Below are positions 50,486 through 57,218 of a stretch of DNA of 57,218 nt, in pieces. This stretch comes from Octopus bimaculoides. Taxonomy: Eukaryota. The position numbers and the translations under genes are program-made. The notes beneath the pieces were generated by a model. The model had not been told where the DNA came from. It saw only the letters and a program-made list of their open reading frames with translations, and did not search any database. The stretch covers positions 91,598,671 to 91,655,888 of the forward strand of contig NC_068982.1 of NCBI RefSeq assembly GCF_001194135.2, given 5' to 3'. Within the stretch, counting starts at the first letter, position 1, and each line of letters starts with the position of its first letter.

Positions 50486-50718
50486 GTAAAGTTTATTTGC
50501 CAACAGAATGTGGCGGTCCTATAAAGCACGATGGTTACTGTTATACACTATACGGAAACAGACTGTGTATAGATAGCCAGGTGGAAAAGATGTTTTCCTG
50601 GGGCTTAAATAACAGTAACATCATCCCTTATAAGATCGACACATTGTTTTGGCAAATTAACTTTACTATTCGGTGCTGTTACTGTATATCTCTCGCTGAG
50701 AGATTTAAAACAAGTTGT
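50486..50718. repeat. Repeat family E (left IR, core, right IR, tail)
   Basis: gtaaagtttatttgccaacagaatgtggcggtcctataaag...ctatacggaaacagactgtg...ttttcctggggc...ctcgctgagagatttaaaacaa. Confidence 0.78.
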
Positions 50719-52103
50719 GTGCGTTTATATATATATATATATATATNNNNNNNNNNNNNNNNNNNNNNNNNNNNNNNNNNNNNNNNNNNNNNNNNNNNNN
50801 NNNNNNNNNNNNNNNNNNNNNNNNNNNNNNNNNNNNNNNNNNNNNNNNNNNNNNNNNNNNNNNNNNNNNNNNNNNNNNNNNNNNNNNNNNNNNNNNNNNN
50901 NNNNNNNNNNNNNNNNNNNNNNNNNNNNNNNNNNNNNNNNNNNNNNNNNNNNNNNNNNNNNNNNNNNNNNNNNNNNNTATATATATATATATACACACAC
51001 ACAATGTTAATTTGTGTCATTGTAGTAAGCTGACACTCGCAATCATCTCCACCTGCTCACAATGAAGATAATTGGTTAGTAAATGGAAAGGAGTAACATT
51101 TTTTTCTTCCTGTTTTCCCTATTTCTTTTTTTATTCTGTGAAAGTTCCCAATCTTTTTGACTTTCTAACATGCTGGAGATTCAATTAAAAAAATTTTCAG
51201 GTGTGCTTCACGTAGAAAGGAAAACGAAAATCTATTTTAAATTATATAAAAAAATTTTAAGTTAAAAATAAAGAAAACTACTTTGTCTTATTAATCACAT
51301 GTTTTTGAAGACACTCAAAGATTAATATAGAACTTTTAAAGACATATTTTAAATAATCCTCGGTGGACTTAGATATGCTTTGCGGCGTAAAGGGTGATCC
51401 ACAGCTCAACACAGTCGTGGAGAGAGAATATAAAAAATTGTCACCGTTTTATCTTCATCATTGTCATTGTTGCTGTTCATGTTGTTCAACCCTGATTCAG
51501 TCGAAAGGCGTCCCAGTGACAGTCTGCAAACGTTTCCATATATCTTAGATCTATCTGATGAACAGTGTCCATGATTTTTTTTTTCATGGCAGAGTAGGAT
51601 CTGTGATTGATTTAGCTGAGACTTTTAGAAAAATTATCTACGCAGTTATCTGGCCTGCATGTGTATTCTTTTGTTGGTCCCGACGCTAAAACTTTCTGAA
51701 AGTGTAATGGTAAATAACTCATTAATATAGGAATGATGAGAACGATTCTTAAAATAGTGAGGGAACAGAGATCCTGTTAGATAGAGACCCTACAGACAAA
51801 GATATAAAGAGAGACGTGGATGTTAATGTTTAGCTCCAGTCATATCTGATAGAATAAGCCTACTATCAAAAGTATTCCAGCCGCGAACCCCACTTCTTTT
51901 CTGTAAGCTCAATACATACACAATCCCATTAACTAATGCTCATCTTTGCTGAGTTGGTAGGGTATAATTTGAAAGAGATTTGCCTATTGTTTCTAAAAGA
52001 TCAAATGATCTGCAAAGACTCCCACATTGACTCAGACTCCAAGGTTGAGAAACATAATAATCGTAAAGGAAAGGTTGTGAAGGTTATAATGTAAATGATG
52101 ATA

Positions 52104-52387
52104 TCAAATTTTGGAACAAGGCCAGCAATTTCGGGGGAGGGTTAAATCAATTACATCGACCCCAATGCACAAATGGTACTTATTTTACCAACTCCGAAAG
52201 GATGAAAAGTGAAGTCGACCTCGACACCATTTGAACACAACGGAAAGACAGATGAAATATAAAGTCGATTTCGGCGGCGTTTGAACCCAGAACAGAAAGA
52301 CTGATGAAACGTAATGTCGACCTCGGCGGCATTTGAACTCAGAACGGAAAGACGGACGAAATACCACCAAGCACCAACTCACTGCCT
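52104..52387 (-). mobile_element. SINE family B with a triplicated ~51-bp B-box segment
   Basis: gtcgacc/gtcgatt/gtcgacc starts at 52214, 52264 and 52316, each followed by tttgaac..a..gaaagac.gatgaaa. Confidence 0.8.
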
Positions 52388-52459
52388 TTATAATGACAAT
52401 CAAACATATTAGCTTTTGTAATAGGGTATTACGTTGATTCTTTTATTACGTTGACTCTT

Positions 52460-52848
52460 TTATTCTTTTTACTCGATCCGGTAATTGGACTGCAGCCATG
52501 CTTGGGCGCCAGCTTGAAAGGGTTAATCGAACAAGTAAACCCCGTTACTTACTTTTAAGTTTTGGTACTTATTCTAGTAGTCGCTTTTGCCGAACCGTTA
52601 GTTTACGGAAACGTAAACAAACCAAGAGCTGTTGTCAAGCAGTGGAAACACAACACACGCACACACGCACACATGCATACACACACAGGCACACACACAT
52701 ACATATATGTATACACACACGTACACATCATATATATGATGGACTTCTTCTCACTTTCCGACTTACCAAATTCATTCACAAGGCACTGGTCGACACGAGG
52801 CTATTGTAGCAAAGTGAACTTCTTAAACGCACGCCCATGCTCGCGCCT
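52460..52848 (-). mobile_element. SINE family A, near complete with internal CA/TA microsatellite
   Basis: Distal body (ggactgcagccatg...ttttgccgaaccgttagtttacgg...ttgtcaagcagtgg), microsatellite, then gatggacttcttc...accaaattcattcacaaggc...ctcgcgcct. Confidence 0.75.
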
Positions 52849-53043
52849 GTCGAAGAGTGATAACTTAGAAGATCTCTTGAACTACGGCTGATATAATTAA
52901 TAAGGTAGAGAATGAAGATTTTCGACTGGATGAAGAAGAGATTTAACGTGCAGAGCGAGAAAGACCTGGTTGATGTTGTGAGAGACAGAAATAAATGAAG
53001 GAGGAACAAGCCATGATTCGTCAAAGGCACGAATATGCCATGA

Positions 53044-53106
<63 letters not shown>

Positions 53107-53240
53107 NNNNNNNNNNNNNNNNNNNNNNNNNNNNNNNNNNNNNNNNNNNNNNNNNNNNNNNNNNNNNNNNNNNNNNNNNNNNNNNNNNNNNNNNNNNNNN
53201 NNNNNNNNNNNNNNNNNNNNNNNNNNNNNNNNNNNNNNNN

Positions 53241-53302
<62 letters not shown>

Positions 53303-54074
53303 AATACGATACCAGAAGTGGATCATATCTGAGAGTAAAGTGTGCTATTAAAAAGGAATTTTCCGCTTTCCGACTGTTTTGACGGTAAAGATCTTTCTTG
53401 TAGTAAGAGAACCGCACACCCTCTTGAGAATCGCTTTTGAATCGATGGTATTGGAATTGGGAAAGTTTGAAACGAAGAAGAATATAGAAAAAACACTTAT
53501 TTTGAGTATAAACTTTGAAGATTCTGTAGATTTTTCCATATAAACACATCTGCTGATATGAATTGTTTAAAGAATAAATAATTCAGAGTTACCATCTGTA
53601 TAAAACAAACAATACTTTCACAAAACTAAGATATAGCGTTTAATACTGCTAGCATTAAAAAAAAGGAAGAAGGAAAAATGAAGCAGAAATAATTATGAAG
53701 AGAAGACAGGAAAAAAGTTCTAGTTTCATCGTAAGCCAGTAAACAATCTTGTACACTATTTAGCGAGTCCTATATCACTACTTCGGCAAGGAAAGTATAG
53801 TCTATGGTTTTGTGTATGAGGTTATAAGATCTAGTTTTCTCCTGTACTTGCTGAAATATTTTAAATAACATTAGTTATTGACGAATATTGTTTATTTTTT
53901 TTACTTCACTTTTTATTTATTTATTCCGAGTTAGATTTAAATGCCCTTAGCCTTAAAATCAACCTTAACAGTTTATATAAATATTTACTATAGCACTGAA
54001 AGCTGGTTGTATAATAAAAAATAAGATGCGTGTATTTAGTTAAATTTTGGTAAATTGTATTGGTTGATATTAAT

Positions 54075-54281
54075 AGTTTCAAATTTTGGCATAAGACCAG
54101 CAGTTTTAGATGCGGGGATAAGTCGATTACGTCGATCCCAGTGTTCAACTGGTACCTACCAGTTTTGAATCGATCCCGAAAGGACGAAAAGCAAATTCGA
54201 CCGCGGCGGATTTTGAAATCAGAACAAAAAAGAGCCTGAAGAAATGTCCGAATCGCTAATGAATCTACTAGCTCGCCGTCT
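54075..54281 (-). mobile_element. SINE family B
   Basis: agtttcaaattttggcataagaccagc...gatcccgaaaggacgaaaagc...gctcgccgtc. Confidence 0.8.
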
Positions 54282-54641
54282 TATTAATTGATATTAATTA
54301 CAACAAAATTAATAAATGTATTTAAAGAATTTCAGCGAACTTCTCTTAATGTTGAACAGAACATAATTCATTTGCACAAGTGTACAAGTATGTTTGTGTG
54401 TATGCACAATCGATTTCTTACATTATTTAAAGAACAATGTCACATTCGTGAAAGTGCGAAAGTTAGAGGTTAAAGTATTGGAATCATGATAAGAGAGGTC
54501 TCAACTCTTGGCTCGGATTAGGTTAATTACTTCATTTCATGTTGCTCTTATCTATTTAACTCAAATGAGTACCAACCAAGTGTTGGTGCAGCCCTCTCTC
54601 CTCCCAGCTGTCACATCCTAGATATACTCTTTGAGCCGGGT

Positions 54642-56254
54642 TTAAAGTTGAAGGAGGTTTAGTCCCACCACCTTTAGAGATTGACCTTGTGCTTTGTAGA
54701 TAAACATTGCAAAGTTAAGTTTGACTGGAAACTGCTGTCTCTTGAACTGAAAGGGGAGATCATTTGAGATGAGAGATATCCTTGGAATGAATACATTCTC
54801 ACCCATCATGTTGCCTGTAATTATTGTTGCTTCCAACATATGGGGTATGGCTGTTTTAACAACCAGCCTCGTTCCATTGCATAGTCTGGGTGCATCAAGG
54901 TTTCTTTATAGCATTATGAAAGCACCTGTTTTCATGATCAGAATGTGTGGTGAAAATCCTGTTGGCTGAAGTGAATTGAGGAACTCCACTGGGTAACGCG
55001 TTACCTATTCTTGATCAGGGACAGAGTCTGTATGAACATTCAGGTCCTGGAAACTGAGACAACAAATTTAGATTCAGCTTGTCTGCAACATCATTCTTTG
55101 GTGCCAGAATTGTTTTTTCACACAGCCACTTGTGACTTTTATAGTTTGTGGTAATATTTGGAAACACCTTGCTCTTCAGGTCTTCAAGGGAGGCAGTCAT
55201 ATTGCCACACGGGAGGTGGTGCAGACTATCTTCTGGATCTTGTGGAAGTTTTCCATGTGCAATGTCAAGTAAGTAAGGAGAGCAGAGATTTGTATATCTA
55301 GGTTTTATTATGCAGTTAATCACATATTTTCACGTTAGTGCCTACATATGGCTCCGTTGCAAGTCAGTGCATACTGCAAACAACCCTCGTGTATATATAG
55401 AACTGTGCGGTTAACGAGTCACCATGAATGTGAGCCTTCATGCTGGTTCTCAGAGTAAGCTGCTTGACATGTTGCCAGATATAAGAGGACTTGATGCAAG
55501 CTTTCAGCTCATCTGCCTGTGTTCTTCTGGGAATGGCAGGCAGCGTTTGCCTGAAGTCACCAGCCATGAACAGGGTGACACCACCCATGATCTTCTTATT
55601 GTTTCTGAAGTCTTGTAGTGTTGTATCAAGTGCTTCAAAGGTTGCCTTATGGGACGTTGTTGTCTCATCCCAGACAATGAGTTTAGCATCTGTAAGGAGC
55701 TTTGCTAACGCTATATTTTTGAATATGTTCTATAAAAGAGATTCATTTTGGATGAGGTTCAGAGGCAGCTTGAATGTTGAATGAGCTGTTCTTCCATCTG
55801 TTAGGAATGTGGCTGTAATTTCAGGGAATGAAACAGCCAGAGCAATCTTCTTCTGTCTCACCTTGGCAAAGATCATGTCGATCAATAATGTCTTTCCTGT
55901 GCCTCCAGGAGCATCTAAGAAGGCCTCACCAGTGTTATTGTCCACAAATGTAAGAACTTGTCAGTATACATCCTTTTGATTCTGTACCAGAATTGGTTCC
56001 TTTTCATTGACAACTGCTTGCAAACTTTCCATGTTGTATGATGTTTCCCTGATTAGCTCTTGTGCTAATAAATAATTTTAAAACTTTCAAAGACGTGAAT
56101 GTGATATAAAAAGCAATATTTCTTATTTTTAATAATTGTTAATAAAAACATCCGAGGTCAAATTGTTCATAAATCACAAGTATGAAAGCAATTCATGAAG
56201 CCGTTTTCGCGTGAAAAGTGAATATACACACATCTCTATTTTATATATTGTAGA
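54642..56254 (-). mobile_element. Degenerate Helitron: PIF1-like helicase pseudogene plus putative 5' terminus
   Basis: FLDAPGGTGKT (Walker A), GRTAHSTFKLPL, LIVWDE (Walker B), GGVTLFMAGDFRQTLP, ILAPKND, RQQFPVKLNFAMFIYKAQGQSL; many stops and frameshifts; minus strand A|TCtacaatatataaaa at 56254. Confidence 0.88.
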
Positions 56255-57218
56255 TATATACACACTCGTATATATCGTGTCCTGGTTTATAACTTGCATA
56301 GGCCATGTGCTCAAAGCCTTTGCAAGTTAGATTGGAAATACTAAGCATGTGATTTAAAACCTGCCTAGACATCATCTCTGATGTATGAAACTATTAGTAT
56401 CTCATAACTATATATTGTGTACATTAAACAATATTTGTCTCTCATCGGATGGAGTACATTTTTTTTTATCTTAACGGAAAAGTAAATCAGATGTATATAT
56501 ACCTATATGTGTGTTTATGTATGTGTGTCTGTATATGTGTGTGTGTATGTGCGTGTGCGCGTGCGCGTGCGTGTATGTGCGAGTGAATGCATGTCTGTGT
56601 CTCCTTGTCTTTACATCGTGTCGTAAATGAGCCTTACTGTCGTTACAAGCAGTGTCATTCATTTCCAGCATTCTGTGAGATGTTTGGTCAAGGAGGAAAA
56701 TATTGCCATGCTTGGAAATAGGTGTTGGTTGGCGACAGGAAGAGTATCCGGCCGTAGAAAAATATGCCTCGATAAAACTTCATCAGACTCATGCAAATTT
56801 GAAAAAGTGGACATTAAATCGACAATAACGACGACGACGACGACGACGACGATGACAATGATGGCGATGATGGCGATGATGGCGATGATGAAACAAATAA
56901 TCTAGAATATAATAGCGTAATTAAGGTTAGAAAATACAAAGCTACAGTTTGGCTTAAGTCAAGTGATGCTAAGTTTCTCCAGGAAAAAAAGATCAAGAGA
57001 GAGAGAGAGGGGAAGAGAGAGAAAACGAGAGAGAAGCTCTAGTTTGTTATGTTCACCCGTAAATTAAACACGAAATTATACATTGCCATTATAGGGAATA
57101 TGGAAAGTCGACATTTTCAAACCTGTTATCTCTTTCCTAATCTTTAGTTTATTTGTCACTTCATTTTCATCTTGTTTAATTTTTCTTTTGTTGTTGCTTT
57201 TACACACACACACACACA

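Noticed and set aside
53470-53520. SKFILKISVFSIFFFVS resembling Frizzled TM6 (EKLMIRIGVFSVLYTVP)
   Set aside because: Similarity does not extend on either side, and there is a stop 10 codons upstream in that frame; likely chance.

Overview
Eukaryotic, AT-rich, draft-quality scaffold with about 14 N gaps, almost all flanked by microsatellites. It is essentially all transposon debris plus simple repeats. The SINE families and repeat spectrum suggest a coleoid cephalopod, probably Octopus (inference from recalled repeat content, not a search). No prokaryotic features, no CRISPR, no true tRNA/rRNA genes and no recognisable complete host gene. Supported content: two degenerate DD34D mariners plus mariner/Tc1-derived MITEs, a maT-like (DD37D) fragment, Tigger-like and hAT-like fragments, Helitron helicase fragments and a Helentron-type HINE, at least six RLE-type (R4/Dong-like) LINE fragments mostly bounded by (TAA)n, a Hero/NeSL-like RT, a Tx1/L1-like RT, three tRNA-derived SINE families and several fold-back elements. 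The most unusual observations are structural: a repeat family whose IR-flanked core occurs in both orientations, a SINE head with two different 3' halves, a perfect 190-bp palindrome centred on (TA)n, repeated tandem amplification at or across the SINE B-box, and LINEs stacked in TAA tracts. Three weak host-exon candidates are flagged. I do not see evidence for a novel protein-coding system. Coordinates were read by eye and may be off by a few bases.
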